32,426 nucleotides of DNA from Schizochytrium sp. TIO01 (taxonomy: Eukaryota > Protista > Bigyra: Labyrinthulomycetes): the NCBI GenBank assembly GCA_004764695.1, contig SMSO01000014.1, positions 1 to 32,426 of the forward strand, written 5' to 3'. This document shows, piece by piece, positions 31,871-32,426 of the stretch. Position numbers and translations under genes: made by a program. How positions within the stretch are numbered: position 1 is the first letter of the stretch; each line of letters begins with the position of its first letter. The notes beneath the pieces are model-generated. The model worked only from the letters and a program-made list of their open reading frames with translations. It searched no databases and had not been told where the DNA came from.

Positions 31871-32426
31871 AATCTGGTTGATCCTGCCAGTAGTCATATG
31901 CTCGTCTCAAAGATTAAGCCATGCATGTGTAAGTATAAGCGATTGTACTGTGAGACTGCGAACGGCTCATTATATCAGTAATAATTTCTTCGGTAGTTTC
32001 TTTTATATGGATACCTGCAGTAATTCTGGAAATAATACATGCTGTAAGAGCCCTGTATGGGGCTGCACTTATTAGATTGAAGCCGATTTTATTGGTGAAT
32101 CATGATAATTGAGCAGATTGACTTTTTTAGTCGATGAATCGTTTGAGTTTCTGCCCCATCAGTTGTCGACGGTAGTGTATTGGACTACGGTGACTATAAC
32201 GGGTGACGGAGAGTTAGGGCTCGACTCCGGAGAGGGAGCCTGAGAGACGGCTACCATATCCAAGGATAGCAGCAGGCGCGTAAATTACCCACTGTGGACT
32301 CCACGAGGTAGTGACGAGAAATATCGATGCGAAGCGTGTATGCGTTTTGCTATCGGAATGAGAGCAATGTAAAACCCTCATCGAGGATCAACTGGAGGGC
32401 AAGTCTGGTGCCAGCAGCCGCGGTAA
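31871..32426 (+). rRNA. 18S rRNA: 18S rRNA, 5' part (truncated by the window end); thraustochytrid-like
   Basis: Begins aatctggttgatcctgccagtagtcatatgctcgtctcaaagattaagccatgcatg, contains ccggagagggagcctgaga, and ends in the universal gtgccagcagccgcggtaa. The variable regions resemble Aurantiochytrium/Schizochytrium sequences as I recall them. Confidence 0.98.

Noticed and set aside
31878-32075. 65-aa ORF
   Set aside because: Lies within the 18S rRNA gene.

Overview
Eukaryotic, intron-containing DNA. The 18S sequence looks thraustochytrid (Aurantiochytrium/Schizochytrium-like); this is recognised from memory, not from a search. The window ends in the 5' part of an 18S rRNA gene. Upstream is a cluster of three spliced leucine-rich-repeat (LRR) genes that the ORF track misses, because each 28-aa RNI-type LRR sits on its own 84-bp phase-2 exon. 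Gene C (+, 22747-28598) is an array of 13 exon+intron units of ~386 bp. Its introns and helix codons are nearly identical between units, while the codons for the exposed LxxLxLxxNx positions are highly variable and mosaic. Gene B (-, 20903-15240) lies head-to-head with C and encodes LRR-helical-kinase-RING-Rcat (RBR-like E3), with a 333-bp in-frame unrelated insert inside one LRR exon. Gene A (-, 8489-4580) is a paralog of B with intact LRRs and kinase but a decayed E3 tail. A and B lie in an ~11-kb tandem segmental duplication, each copy carrying a 5S rRNA gene upstream. The locus is a candidate rDNA-linked, exon-shuffling LRR receptor/signalling (immune-like) system.
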